The notes under the pieces are model-generated. The model was given only the letters and a program-made list of their open reading frames with translations. It was not told the origin of the DNA and made no database searches. Positions 18,401 through 27,998 of a stretch of DNA of 64,000 nt are shown here, in pieces. This stretch comes from a virus, in IMG/VR virus record IMGVR_UViG_3300045988_107835, positions 21,458 through 85,457 of that record, one strand, 5' to 3'. The position numbers and the translations under genes were made by a program. The stretch's first letter is position 1; each line of letters begins with the position of its first letter.

Positions 18401-21400
18401 GGTAATGCCGATCTTCTTACTGCGAGAGAAAAAGATGTGTATGATAAATACAAACAAGATTTTGATGATTATGTATCGTCTTTGGGTGACAGTCCTGTTA
18501 ATCTCATAAAATCATTATCTGAGAAGGCTGATAGGCTTACAAGTCCGAGATCTGTGTATGAGGATAATAAAGCTATTATTGATATGGCTAAATCCAATTT
18601 AGAACCAGATCAAAGGAAGGAACTTGATGATGCTATTTCTTCGTATGTTGATATAATGAACAGACGGGATAAAGGGGAGAAGGTTGACGAAGATAAGCTT
18701 GCTGATTCGGTATTTACCATAGAAGATCTTGGTCAGGTTGGAAACATCACAGATCTCCTTCCTTATATTGAACAAAACAGGATTATTGACAAAGGTCGTA
18801 TTTCCGAATCTACGTTAAGTAATTTTGGAGAGGATGATATCAATATAGATTCTCTTGTAAATGAATTAGACGAATCTGACAATACACCGGGAGCTAACAT
18901 AGATAGCGCCCAGAATCCAGAGACGTTGATGGTTAGAAGAATATCCAATGACGGCAATGAAAGGTATGAAATTGCGGGTCTTAGAGCCGATAAATTTATA
19001 TCTTCTATAAAATCATTGGTTCCTATTCAAATAAGCTCTGAAACGAACGCTAATGGCACTAAAAGGTATTCTCTTAACATAGGTGGGGAAACGGCTACTA
19101 TAATTGAACTGCCTTATCATGCGAGATGGTCTATAGACAAAGAGTCGGCTCGTGTTCTTAACCGTTACACAGATGTGTCTATTCAGGACGTGGGTAATTC
19201 CTATTCTTTGGTTTATAAGCGTCTTGATTCAGATGAGTTGGTTCCGTACAGAACGGGTGTCGGATTCGGAGAGAATGAGGTAGATAAAATAGATCAGGAA
19301 GCATTATCTTCTTTGAAAAAAGGAGATAAGGTTAATCTCGAAATAGATGTAAATGATACTTATAATCAGTCTCTTTTTACCGAATACAATGACGCTGTTC
19401 AGTCTGGCGATAAAAAAAGAATAGAATCTGCTGAAAATAAACTGGTGTCCAATATGGTTATCAAGGTCATGAGTGGGAACAGATTCGTTTCTGTTGTAAA
19501 AGCTGATACAGGAGGCATAGATGGTATAAGTAAGATAAGAAGAACGGCTTTTAACAAGTGGAAGAAGGACGCCGGCCGGTCGGCTACCATCGGCGTCGGC
19601 ACGCATGTTGTTGCCCAGACCCTTCCCGGAAGACCGGTGTTTAACATGAAGGTGAACGGTCAAGGATATGGCCAGGTAGAAAATCTCCCTATTACCGAAA
19701 AAGGTGCTGAAAAAGTATCTGATGTCGGATATGTATTAAATGGCAAAGTCGTGCTTAAGAACGGATCTAAATACACAGGCTTCCCATTTGCTTATTCTAT
19801 ATTAAATGACAAGGGGAATAATTACAAAAATGTAAGAGTTCCGGTAGTTGTCATCAAAGGTAAAAACGGTCTTAATTATCTTTTCCCGGTTAGCCTACGT
19901 TCTGTGGAATCAGAGGAAGGGCGGAAATGGATGTCTTTTATAGATATGCTGCTTGAATCCGGTGATTCTGAATTGCTACAGATGGGTCAAGATGATATAC
20001 AAGATCTTAATGCGTATCTAACCAAGTTAGGTCTTGATCCGGCTTCGTATCAAGTATCGTATTTGAATCCTATTTCAGATCTTAGAAAAGCTCGTGAGGC
20101 TATAGAAGAATTATCTACAGTTCCTGATGTTGTTAAGTGGGTAGAAGATGGAAGTAGGAGTGTGAAAGACATTGTGACGTCTGAAGTAGAATCTGGAATA
20201 GATTTCGAAGGTGAGATGTTTGTTGCTCCTAAGATCAGGATTCAGTTTGGTAAATCATCTTCCAGACCTAAATCACTTATAGAGGATGATCTTCCTTTCT
20301 CTGATGAGGGTAAGACCGTTACTTCTAAAGAAGACGTGGATGTTTATGAAGAGGAAATGCCAGAGGAAGGGGCTGTCCGGGAGACTCAGCCGGCGCCATT
20401 AGCTCAGCCGACTCCTGCGGCACAAGCTGCGCAGTCTTTACCTGGCAAGAAGCGTACCTCCAGGAAAAACTTCTCTCTTATGTTAAACGAAATAGAATCT
20501 CATATAGAAAAAGAAGGATTGCCGTCTTATGCTAATATTTTTGATTTTATAGCAAGGAAGATTGTAGGAGGTGATTTGAGGTTTCTTCGTGAGAGAGGTA
20601 ATCCTAAAAGCCTTAAGGAAGAAATGGGATTAGAACCTAAAGGAACAGTAGGTGATAAAATATCCACTCCTTCCAGCAAAGGTGGTAAGACCTTAGAAGA
20701 ATACGTTTCTTGGCTTCGTTCTCAAACAGATCAGGTGGTGGTTGATTATGTTGGGCCAAGATCTGACGAACAAATTATATCAGAGTTGAAAAACTTTTTG
20801 AAATATATTAATTTTGTTCCAAGCAAGGCTTTGAATTATTCTCTTAGAGTCAATGGCATGGATACCCTAAAAGAATATGGCACAAAAGAGGAAGTAGAAA
20901 AAATGGAATCTGATATCAATAGTTTGGTTTCTAAAGTTTTGCCTACGGTGGATAATAAAACTGTAGAAGATGTTTCTACTGCAATAAAATCAAACAACTT
21001 GCCTGCCATATGGGAGCCCGTGGAAAGCCTTGATATGACAAACGAGGAAAAAATAGAGTTTTTGAATAACGTAGCAGATTTCCTTAGCGGCATACCAGAG
21101 TATGATGCTGTCGTGGAGTCTATAGAGTCAGAATCAGATAATATTTTAAATGATGGAAAAGAAGGAAGTGCAGAAGGCGGTGCAGTACGCACTGAGGAGG
21201 ATGGCGATAAAAAGGGAGGTGGAGAAGGCAAAGGACAATCCAGAACAAATGTCGAAGTTAAAGGAAATATCGAATTACCTGGATATGAAGAAGGAAGAGT
21301 AGATAACTATAGGAAGAACGGAGATAAGTTCTCTGACATTGCTGAAGTCACTTTATGGCTACTTAGAAGGGCTGCCGGCATAACCTCTATCCCGGAAGGA

Positions 21401-22078
21401 GAAGAGGTTTATGTAGAGGGAGATGAGGTTAATAGTATTATGACCGATATGGAATCAAGGTATGGTATAGACACCATCAATCACTCGCATACGACTAAGG
21501 CTATAAGGGATCTTAACGGCGTATCAGGTTATAAAGTAGAATACGGCTTAACCTTTTTGACATACGATCCTTTTATTAGGATATCCAATCCAAGGGAAGA
21601 ATATAAGGCTGCGAAAGACGAGCCTCGTATATCCGAAGAACCGCTTACTCACATATCAAGGGTGACAACCCCTTATTTCCTGTACGGCGGTGATGAAGCA
21701 TATACATCTGTTCCGGCTAAGGTAGAACCCATACCGGAGAAGATAATGGGTCGTAATGGCATTAAATTTGGTATGAGTGTAGTCGAGTTAACCAAATTAG
21801 GGTACAAAAAAGCTGGTGGAAACTGGATATATAAATTCTATATGAACTCAGGTGTGTATGATTTGTATAATATCAGTACCGGTGAAGCGTTTAGGGCAAA
21901 ACCGGATCTTGGAGTTAAGATAAGTTCCAGTGCATTCATCCGCTCTTTATCTCAATCTGGTAGAAAAATACAAAATATGATGAGTAATATGAGCCAGGAA
22001 GAGATAGATAGGAATAAGAATCTCGTAGAAGGTTCTGATAATTCGGATTCGATAAATGAGTTAAATAAGGAGTGTTGA
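15437..22078 (+). CDS. giant virion protein (2213 aa); candidate ejected/cargo protein or virion RNA polymerase subunit
   Basis: Uninterrupted 6.6-kb ORF whose start overlaps the previous stop by 8 nt; giant ORFs of this kind are characteristic of crAss-like phages, but no DxDGD motif was found. Confidence 0.65.
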   Translation: MADNNIDRYNPAAKTTYEDVARQRKLAEEENYTPATLPETTTPLVPNYMPGEGVYAQPKFPDYASRIAAAEYEEPYIAKEISNSYSEALARNSYREATPAPPPLNPYGPKVSIRESHQMGNDGVWRTKYPNYIPGINNEDYYARRQSGWSKFWNGVGKFALKSALYGAQGVVSLPDKLINMASEGSYKAALNTNMDKFVGDLDQQIDMLLPHYYKKEVEDYNFGQKLFKDTGNFLWNDVLGNGMSFTVGAMISAYMTGGLGVGSLGNIGAKLGGRIGAKLAARQAANRGIGSLKGVFNDYVRKGVATGRNVGEAAKTMTLLATSAGFESSVEANSFMKQSESDFKDYYRKIYGRDPNAEEMAVFRNSNADVGSAIFAANMGIVGLSNWLLFGKYIGLGGKAIPGLEKKLNKHLFGLGTEVAKPGEMAIKITNPNIGQKIAGNVFNIMKRPVSEGLWEEGSQGAVQNTAEEYVKSRYDNVAMNGAVDVLDAISEGFKKQYTSKEGWTEIGIGAIIGSLFGMREGFFGVKEYSNSQILLERQVNEYNKASSNLNTAALNTLKKSMSLGPQVRSDAQSMTGKELDDAMFEKMSIDNQMGTLEDSAENFRQMIDMVPISEIAEANGMSLEEAKKYKDSIIDNYNNRLSDFRSAQSFAEDLIGDDSKIEFRKYVARNAFLGLQSESRMKDIASVIETLSGQPRVADALSTFSRLSDRARERAMAIRGIRSRIEELESEIEDLATRPRNVEGKDPQAESIQRKTKELESLRTNYNNSLSELSTLIGKEFSIEELVSKTESVLSSPLSPISSQDVIEAYDTLVAFDDYFNVKSRQEKKFTAKDKAMRSLVNEYRRSLMDYRNMNNFLSKMLDKRFLAEENRGFSKALSSLWSTPYKGDDKVPDFAESNKVGEYDTDEVVDQAVSEGKISEDEAWTIKAFMHALDKAREDRMKEAEDDIKESPLTESVSDEDYEAAMDNPIMVPAVRQSIIDKLYTGNADLLTAREKDVYDKYKQDFDDYVSSLGDSPVNLIKSLSEKADRLTSPRSVYEDNKAIIDMAKSNLEPDQRKELDDAISSYVDIMNRRDKGEKVDEDKLADSVFTIEDLGQVGNITDLLPYIEQNRIIDKGRISESTLSNFGEDDINIDSLVNELDESDNTPGANIDSAQNPETLMVRRISNDGNERYEIAGLRADKFISSIKSLVPIQISSETNANGTKRYSLNIGGETATIIELPYHARWSIDKESARVLNRYTDVSIQDVGNSYSLVYKRLDSDELVPYRTGVGFGENEVDKIDQEALSSLKKGDKVNLEIDVNDTYNQSLFTEYNDAVQSGDKKRIESAENKLVSNMVIKVMSGNRFVSVVKADTGGIDGISKIRRTAFNKWKKDAGRSATIGVGTHVVAQTLPGRPVFNMKVNGQGYGQVENLPITEKGAEKVSDVGYVLNGKVVLKNGSKYTGFPFAYSILNDKGNNYKNVRVPVVVIKGKNGLNYLFPVSLRSVESEEGRKWMSFIDMLLESGDSELLQMGQDDIQDLNAYLTKLGLDPASYQVSYLNPISDLRKAREAIEELSTVPDVVKWVEDGSRSVKDIVTSEVESGIDFEGEMFVAPKIRIQFGKSSSRPKSLIEDDLPFSDEGKTVTSKEDVDVYEEEMPEEGAVRETQPAPLAQPTPAAQAAQSLPGKKRTSRKNFSLMLNEIESHIEKEGLPSYANIFDFIARKIVGGDLRFLRERGNPKSLKEEMGLEPKGTVGDKISTPSSKGGKTLEEYVSWLRSQTDQVVVDYVGPRSDEQIISELKNFLKYINFVPSKALNYSLRVNGMDTLKEYGTKEEVEKMESDINSLVSKVLPTVDNKTVEDVSTAIKSNNLPAIWEPVESLDMTNEEKIEFLNNVADFLSGIPEYDAVVESIESESDNILNDGKEGSAEGGAVRTEEDGDKKGGGEGKGQSRTNVEVKGNIELPGYEEGRVDNYRKNGDKFSDIAEVTLWLLRRAAGITSIPEGEEVYVEGDEVNSIMTDMESRYGIDTINHSHTTKAIRDLNGVSGYKVEYGLTFLTYDPFIRISNPREEYKAAKDEPRISEEPLTHISRVTTPYFLYGGDEAYTSVPAKVEPIPEKIMGRNGIKFGMSVVELTKLGYKKAGGNWIYKFYMNSGVYDLYNISTGEAFRAKPDLGVKISSSAFIRSLSQSGRKIQNMMSNMSQEEIDRNKNLVEGSDNSDSINELNKEC

Positions 22079-22080
22079 GT

Positions 22081-22584
22081 ATGAGAAGGAGATACGAAGA
22101 TATTTCAGGTCTTGTTCAGTACCAGTTGAAGACCAATCAGCAGGGGAATATAGAGGTTTATGTTGATGACAGGTTTGTTGGAAACGTAAGTGAAGGAGTC
22201 TGTAATTGGAAGGATATTGAATACAAGAGTAAGGTTACTATATCTTTGAAAGGAGTCGAGAATAAGGCTAAAACTTCAAGTAAACGAGTCGGTCCCTATT
22301 GTCACATTAGTAGCATATTTGGAGGAAATGAATCTTATCATGCAGGTCCGGATAGTAATATAAAAAAGAGTCCGGTTACTACCTTTATAATGTATTGCTA
22401 TAAAAATGGGGATATTACAACTACCACCACTTATACTAAAAATTTATCTGGGATTCTTCAGATAGGTAAAACACAATTGACTATCAATTACAAACAAAGT
22501 AAAAGTCAGTCTTTTTCCGGTGGTTCTGGAGATTATGCAACATCCGTATCTGATTTCCCTTTTTGTTACTGGTCCAGGAAATGA
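22081..22584 (+). CDS. small fibre-like protein, MRRRY N-terminus
   Basis: ATG 3 nt after the giant gene stop; Thr/Ser/Gly-rich, beta-rich; shares its N-terminal MRRR(Y/F) with genes at 35313 and 35935. Confidence 0.55.
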   Translation: MRRRYEDISGLVQYQLKTNQQGNIEVYVDDRFVGNVSEGVCNWKDIEYKSKVTISLKGVENKAKTSSKRVGPYCHISSIFGGNESYHAGPDSNIKKSPVTTFIMYCYKNGDITTTTTYTKNLSGILQIGKTQLTINYKQSKSQSFSGGSGDYATSVSDFPFCYWSRK

Positions 22585-22643
22585 TAGCGTTGAGTTCGAA
22601 GGAGAGGGAAGATTAATAGTTGAGACAGAGGCTTCACATTATG

Positions 22644-22675
22644 AAATAGAAGTTTCATAATTTCTATTTTTATAA
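22644..22675 (+). terminator. candidate terminator hairpin
   Basis: AAATAGAA/TTCTATTT stem, 9-nt loop, T/A-rich tail. Confidence 0.35.
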
Positions 22676-22701
22676 TATCTTTGTCTAAAATATTTATCGT
22701 T

Positions 22702-24957
22702 ATGGGATTAAAATGTCAGATAGAAAAGAAGGAAAATAAAATAGAACGGGTTGAGGCTCCTAACGGTGAGCCTTCCGTTCTTTACGAAAGTGCCTTAAAA
22801 TTATTAGGAAACAGCGAGCGAGCTCTTCAAGTATGGGCTAAGGCTTACACCTCTGATTTTTTGTCGTATTATGGTCATTGGAATAACCCGGCTCCAGGGG
22901 AGATGTTTAATACCGATCCTAATGGCGAACCTCTTTTAGAAGATGTGCTGTCGTATATGAAGCGTCAGGCTTATTTTTCCGATCCCTTAACGGCTCAGGA
23001 TGTTAAGGATGTAAGAGATGCTATGATATCCGATTCCATATATAGCATACGATCTCTTATTAATAGAGTTAGAAGCTCTTTTTATGTGGATGGCAATCTT
23101 ATCCTAAATGAAGAAAATCTAAGGAGATCCGGCTTGTATAATGAGACGGAAATAAGTAGGATATTAGATAATCCTTCTGTACTCAATGAGGTCAGCTCTT
23201 TTATGAGGCTATTATTAGACTATTCCAATAACGAACACGATCTTGGGAAAGAGTCTTACTTCACGACCGTAGAAAAACCATACGGTCCTGTTGTGTATAA
23301 AAATGGCGTCTTCAATAAATTAGGAAAGAGAGCATCATACAATCCGGCTGAAGTTTATGAGGCTATAAAAAATACAGTAGGAGGTATTAGTGTTGCTTCA
23401 GAGTTTGATTCTGCTTTCGGATCTTTATCTGATTCATATCCGGAGTTAGTTGAAAGATATCAGTCGGATAAGAGTTTTGCCTTGTCGCTGTTCAACGAAT
23501 TTTCGAATATGAACATCGTTCCGGTTGTAACTTTAGAAGATAATAATATCGTAGAAGGGAAAAGGCGGTCATTGTCAAAGTTGCAAGATTATGCTTATTA
23601 CAGCCCTATTGGATCTGAGTCATTACGAGCTCGTATATCAGCCTTTCTAAACAGGGTTAATGCTGATACAGAAGAAGACCTTAGAAGTATGATATGGGAC
23701 GTAGAAGAGGCTTGTGTAGGTCTTGGTATAGATATCGTAGGCGTGTCTAAGGCGTATGACGGAACAGAAGAATCGCTGAATAAAATTGATAGCTTGATGT
23801 TGGATCTTGATATTTATGTAGCAAGGCACAACGATGACACTTATGCTCCTACCTTAGCTTCTGCTATTGATGACGTTCTTGGAGATAGCAGGGATCGCCG
23901 TGTTATGTTTTTGCCAGAGTATATGGATAATATGAATATCGTTTATATGGAATCTGACATAGATCCGGTATCGGCATTTGAAAATCATTCTCTGCTTTAT
24001 CTTGGTGGAAACCTATATCATAAGGTAGAAAGAGATAATTTAGGTGATTTGTACGATATGGCTGCCGAGCTTGCCAAGCAGAGCCTAACTTATTTCCCAC
24101 CTGGTATCTATCCTGAATATTGTTTTAAAGATGGTGTTTTAGATAAGCTCCGCGTGAAAAACGTAGATAGTAAGGCCCTTGCTGATTCTATTAAAAAATA
24201 CGTCCTGTCTTATACCGATTCTCAGAATACGGAAGAGATGAATGCTACCAGATTGGCGTTTGGTCATCTTGTTATTCCTGAAAGTCCGTATGTTAATGAA
24301 GAACGGGAGTTTAGCCGATACATAAACAGAAAGCAGGACAAAGAGAATCCTTTACTCTTATTCGATTTATACCAATCTTATCTTGAAAATAAGCTTCATA
24401 ATACGGAAGTGTATGAAGGGGCATACAAGTATCTTGACTTTAAACCAGATTATTTGCTGGGTCTTACCGTTTCAGATCCGGATACGTTAAAACAAATTGA
24501 ACTATCTTTGGCAGGTAATGATCGTGAACAGCTATTTGAGTATAGCATGAGCAGTACCGATCCTTCTTTTACAGATCTGTTCTATTTGGATTATTATGAT
24601 ATGTTATATGCCGGTTCTGATTTCTATCACGATCTTTTCACAAAGCATCCTAATCTCTTAAATGAGGTTCGGGATCATAACATAACTAAGCAGGATGGTA
24701 ATGTTATCGTAGAAGGGTTGTATAATAATTTTATCAGAATAGGGAACACAGTGTTCACTAAAGTCGGCGAAAGTAGTTCCGGCTCTATCTACCAAAATCT
24801 AACAGGAACCGAATCGGAGGTGAAATACGATTCTACCCAAAAGGTAAAGGCAGTAGAAACCGATTATGCTCCATACCAAAACAGATCTGGCCTGACGCAA
24901 GATATGATCGTAAGCAAGTCTGAATTGGATGATCTTAACAAATTAGAATGCAGGTAA
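22702..24957 (+). CDS. large hypothetical virion protein (752 aa)
   Basis: First ATG of ORF 22681-24957; acidic, Tyr-rich; no motif recognised. Confidence 0.6.
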   Translation: MGLKCQIEKKENKIERVEAPNGEPSVLYESALKLLGNSERALQVWAKAYTSDFLSYYGHWNNPAPGEMFNTDPNGEPLLEDVLSYMKRQAYFSDPLTAQDVKDVRDAMISDSIYSIRSLINRVRSSFYVDGNLILNEENLRRSGLYNETEISRILDNPSVLNEVSSFMRLLLDYSNNEHDLGKESYFTTVEKPYGPVVYKNGVFNKLGKRASYNPAEVYEAIKNTVGGISVASEFDSAFGSLSDSYPELVERYQSDKSFALSLFNEFSNMNIVPVVTLEDNNIVEGKRRSLSKLQDYAYYSPIGSESLRARISAFLNRVNADTEEDLRSMIWDVEEACVGLGIDIVGVSKAYDGTEESLNKIDSLMLDLDIYVARHNDDTYAPTLASAIDDVLGDSRDRRVMFLPEYMDNMNIVYMESDIDPVSAFENHSLLYLGGNLYHKVERDNLGDLYDMAAELAKQSLTYFPPGIYPEYCFKDGVLDKLRVKNVDSKALADSIKKYVLSYTDSQNTEEMNATRLAFGHLVIPESPYVNEEREFSRYINRKQDKENPLLLFDLYQSYLENKLHNTEVYEGAYKYLDFKPDYLLGLTVSDPDTLKQIELSLAGNDREQLFEYSMSSTDPSFTDLFYLDYYDMLYAGSDFYHDLFTKHPNLLNEVRDHNITKQDGNVIVEGLYNNFIRIGNTVFTKVGESSSGSIYQNLTGTESEVKYDSTQKVKAVETDYAPYQNRSGLTQDMIVSKSELDDLNKLECR

Positions 24958-24999
24958 TTTTTGTACATATATATAGTTTTTTCATAGTTGTAATTTGGG

Positions 25000-25030
25000 A
25001 AGTGAGGCTTGTGAAAGTCTCACTTTTCTC
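25000..25030 (+). terminator. candidate terminator
   Basis: AAGTGAG/CTCACTT stem, 12-nt loop, TTCTC tail. Confidence 0.35.
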
Positions 25031-25179
25031 ATATATGTACGTATATCAATAACATACAAGAAAAGTTAGATTTTCATTGTTTATGAATTATTTTTATTAA
25101 GTTTGCAATATTAGTTTCAGGAAGGGATTATGGAAATAAGGAAAAAGTAAGAACCGAACGTAACTAATAACAGTAGGAA

Positions 25180-25377
25180 ATGAGAATCAGTACCATCAAA
25201 CGTAACAACAGCATTCATCTTATGTATAAAAACATTATGAATGATTTAGGTCAATTAAGAACTGTAGCTTCAAAATCCTATATTTATAATCTGATACAAA
25301 ATCAAACCGGATTAAGTATCAGAACTATATCCCATGTCTTGAATCACACAAAAGAACAGGATACAGATTCTTTGTGA
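25180..25377 (+). CDS. small protein with C-terminal LacI-type HTH-like segment
   Basis: 65 aa; TGLSIRTISHVLNHT resembles the VSxxTVSRVLN recognition helix of LacI-family HTH. Confidence 0.3.
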   Translation: MRISTIKRNNSIHLMYKNIMNDLGQLRTVASKSYIYNLIQNQTGLSIRTISHVLNHTKEQDTDSL

Positions 25378-25401
25378 AAGGCATACATTTTCCTACATTT
25401 G
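25371..25401 (+). promoter_or_regulatory. well-formed Bacteroidota-type promoter TTTG-N19-TACATTTG
   Basis: TTTG 25371-25374, then a 19-nt spacer, then TACATTTG 25394-25401. Confidence 0.4.
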
Positions 25402-25407
25402 TGTGTT

Positions 25408-25495
25408 CTTTAGTTTTTAGATTTAAGTTTTTCATGGTATTAGTTTAGATTAGTGTAGATCAGGGTTCGCAGTGATGCGGGCCCTGGTTTGTTTT
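25408..25495 (+). ncRNA. candidate short non-coding transcript (promoter to hairpin plus U-run), TAG-repeat rich
   Basis: No ORF; lies between promoter 25371-25401 and hairpin CAGGG...CCCTG (25461-25486) followed by GTTTGTTTT. Confidence 0.25.
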
Positions 25496-25665
25496 AAAAA
25501 GTATTAAAATATTTGTTATTTAAAATCCTGTTCCTATCTTTGTTCCAGAAACAATGAACAACGAGATCCCACCTCTGGTTGTTTGATGTTGAAAGATATT
25601 TTTGGCTCATTAGGGTTTGTCATAGTGGGATCTGACATTCTCTTTTGGGCCTATTTTTTTTTATT

Positions 25666-26319
25666 ATGGATAATACTTGTATTCCTTTTGTGTTAATAAA
25701 CGACAGAAAAATGATTGACGCAAAACATGTTCATAAATTGTTAGAATGTAAGTATGATTTTAAATATTGGATTAAGGATGTAATATCATCTTTTAATTTT
25801 AAGGATGGAATAGATTATATATCATATAGATATGATAATAATGGAGAACAAATAATAGATAATAATAGTCATGTATTTAGGCATGACTATTATTTATTCC
25901 CCAAATCGATTCTGTGTATCATCTATATGAAGTGTGATAGATCTTTATTTAAAGATTTTATTTATGATATATTTGATTGTTGTAATATTAAAAATGACGA
26001 TCGGGTATTAGATATAATACATAGATCTATCGATAGGTATAATAAAAAATGTATAAAATATTTTACATATATAATAAGAAATAATAATAATGGTTTTTAT
26101 AAAATAGGTAAAAGCTCTGATGTAAAAAGAAGGCTATCTGGGTTGTCTATTGTAGAAGATAACTTAACATTAATAGCTTATGTGAATAAAGATATAGAGA
26201 GCGAGCTTCATGCAAGATTTGATATCAAAGGGATATACAGAGAATGGTTCAACTTATCAGATTGCGATTTGAATGATATAATTGATAAATATAAATTCAA
26301 GTTGTGTGACATGGCTTGA
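25666..26319 (+). CDS. T5orf172 (GIY-YIG-like) domain protein, very AT-rich; second copy of the family in this window
   Basis: GFYKIGKSSDVKRRLSGLS ... YREWF motif; N-terminal half may be a DNA-binding (Bro-N/KilA-N-like) module; Asn/Ile/Tyr-rich composition unlike neighbours. Confidence 0.6.
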   Translation: MDNTCIPFVLINDRKMIDAKHVHKLLECKYDFKYWIKDVISSFNFKDGIDYISYRYDNNGEQIIDNNSHVFRHDYYLFPKSILCIIYMKCDRSLFKDFIYDIFDCCNIKNDDRVLDIIHRSIDRYNKKCIKYFTYIIRNNNNGFYKIGKSSDVKRRLSGLSIVEDNLTLIAYVNKDIESELHARFDIKGIYREWFNLSDCDLNDIIDKYKFKLCDMA

Positions 26320-26501
26320 ATTTTATTACAATAAAAAGTGATTAAGAGATGAGTCTATGGTGATATTTACTCATCTCTTCTTATTTTTCTGAAAATACTT
26401 CTCTTCTATAGGAAATAAACACACCCATATTCCACCCTGCAATCATGATCTTTGTTACGTGCTTCATGCACATATGTTTAACAATTAAATACTATAAAAT
26501 T

Positions 26502-27509
26502 ATGGGTGGTGATAAAATCGTCCTTTTAGATGGAGCCGGGGCTAACGGTGGTGGTGCAGCCACTAACGGTCTTCTTTCAATGATTCCCGGCATGTTTGCT
26601 AATTTGATAGGTGGTAATAAAATGGATCCGAATCTGGTGGCGGCTTTGATGAACGGTCGTAACAACCAGGACGGTTTCGGTGGGGCTAACGGTTGGTGGC
26701 TCTGGATAATTGTTTTGTTCTGGCTGTGGGGTGGACGCGGCTTCGGTAACGGTTTTGGAAATGGCGGTGATTGTTGCGCCAATGGTTTGCCGGCTCAGTT
26801 GAATAACGATTACGGTCGTGAACTTTTGATGCAGGCAATTCAAGGTAATCGTAGCGCCATAGATCAGATTGCTTCTGCTTTGAACTGTTCTACTACTCAA
26901 CTTCAGAACGCTATCTGCAACGTACAGGGTGCCATTGATAAAGTAGCTGGTCAGGTAGGTATGACTTCTCAGGCTGTTATCAACGCAGTTCAACAACAAG
27001 GTTGTGAAATAGGAAATCAAATCAGCTCTTGCTGCTGCAATCTGAGTTCGTTGATCAATCAAAGCACTTGCCAGACTCAGGGAATGATTACTCAGCAAGG
27101 TTTTGATAACCAGCTTCGCACGTTGGAACAAACCAATATCTTGCAGAACGGTCTCAACCAAGGTCTGGCTAACAATCGTGAGCAAGCTACAAGCCAATTC
27201 AATATCTTGTCTGTGAAACTTGACGCCCAAACCGTTATGATCAACGACAAATTCTGTCAGTTGGAAATGAGGGAGATGCAGAACACTATTGCTCAACTTC
27301 GTGAAGAAAAAGCGGCTTTGACAGCTTCGGCATTATCTCAGCAACAAACCCAGAATATCGTTGGTCAATTACGCCCGACGGCCGTCCCGGCCTACCCCTC
27401 TTGTTCTCCTTACCAGGCTTATACTTGGGGACAGGTATTCGGAGGAGGTTGCTGCAATAACGGATGTGGATGTAACAACGGATGTTGCAATAGCAACGCT
27501 GCTGTCTGA
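26502..27509 (+). CDS. Gly/Cys/Gln-rich membrane protein of unknown function
   Basis: Gly-rich N-terminus, one Trp-rich TM helix (WWLWIIVLFWLWGG), GFGNGFGNGGDCC, Q/N-rich predicted coiled coil, C-terminal GGGCCNNGCGCNNGCCNSN; GC-rich relative to neighbours. Confidence 0.55.
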   Translation: MGGDKIVLLDGAGANGGGAATNGLLSMIPGMFANLIGGNKMDPNLVAALMNGRNNQDGFGGANGWWLWIIVLFWLWGGRGFGNGFGNGGDCCANGLPAQLNNDYGRELLMQAIQGNRSAIDQIASALNCSTTQLQNAICNVQGAIDKVAGQVGMTSQAVINAVQQQGCEIGNQISSCCCNLSSLINQSTCQTQGMITQQGFDNQLRTLEQTNILQNGLNQGLANNREQATSQFNILSVKLDAQTVMINDKFCQLEMREMQNTIAQLREEKAALTASALSQQQTQNIVGQLRPTAVPAYPSCSPYQAYTWGQVFGGGCCNNGCGCNNGCCNSNAAV

Positions 27510-27532
27510 TTTTATTAAGAGAGGAGGCTAAT

Positions 27533-27916
27533 ATGGCTTGTGTTTCTAAAATAGGATCGTTGTATGAGATGGTTACGAAGAATGTTATTGTCAGTACGAC
27601 AAATACAGTCTTCGGTATTAACCCACGGGCTTGGATCGCCCTTCCGTGTGAGGGTCTTATCCTTCTTAAAATAAGGCAAGTAGTCCCCACAGCCGGAAGT
27701 GCTCTACCGGTACAGATTGCGGTCCCGGCAAACAGCACAGTTTCAACAGTAGGATCCGACACCTGTTGCCCGGTTACGGGAGTGAATGTCGTGAACCCTA
27801 TTAACGTAGCTGTCACGGGTGCTGCTATGGTAAATGGCACAGAACGCCTTCTGTACTTCAATAAAGTTCGTGGCGTGTTAAGATTAAATGTATATTACTT
27901 TACGCTTTTAGTGTAA
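27533..27916 (+). CDS. hypothetical protein
   Basis: 127 aa; strong GAGGAGG RBS 6 nt upstream. Confidence 0.5.
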   Translation: MACVSKIGSLYEMVTKNVIVSTTNTVFGINPRAWIALPCEGLILLKIRQVVPTAGSALPVQIAVPANSTVSTVGSDTCCPVTGVNVVNPINVAVTGAAMVNGTERLLYFNKVRGVLRLNVYYFTLLV

Positions 27917-27998
27917 AGTGGTATATAATCACCTAATGGTCGTATGCAAAGCGGTCATATTATAATAGATGGAATTGGTCTGTTTAAACAAATAATTC

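Noticed and set aside
30-21231. Numerous 60-190-aa ORFs antisense to or out of frame within the giant genes (e.g. 30-380, 1279-1467, 11540-12103, 16108-16305, 17467-17736, 20836-21231)
   Set aside because: All are embedded in much longer uninterrupted ORFs on the coding strand and have low-complexity, Ser/Pro/Leu-rich shadow composition.
26492-27861. Minus-strand ORFs 26492-26782, 26577-27296 and 27286-27861 overlapping the Gly/Cys-rich gene
   Set aside because: They lie antisense to a plus-strand gene with coherent frame, RBS context and operon continuity. Long shadow ORFs are expected in this locally GC-rich, stop-poor stretch.
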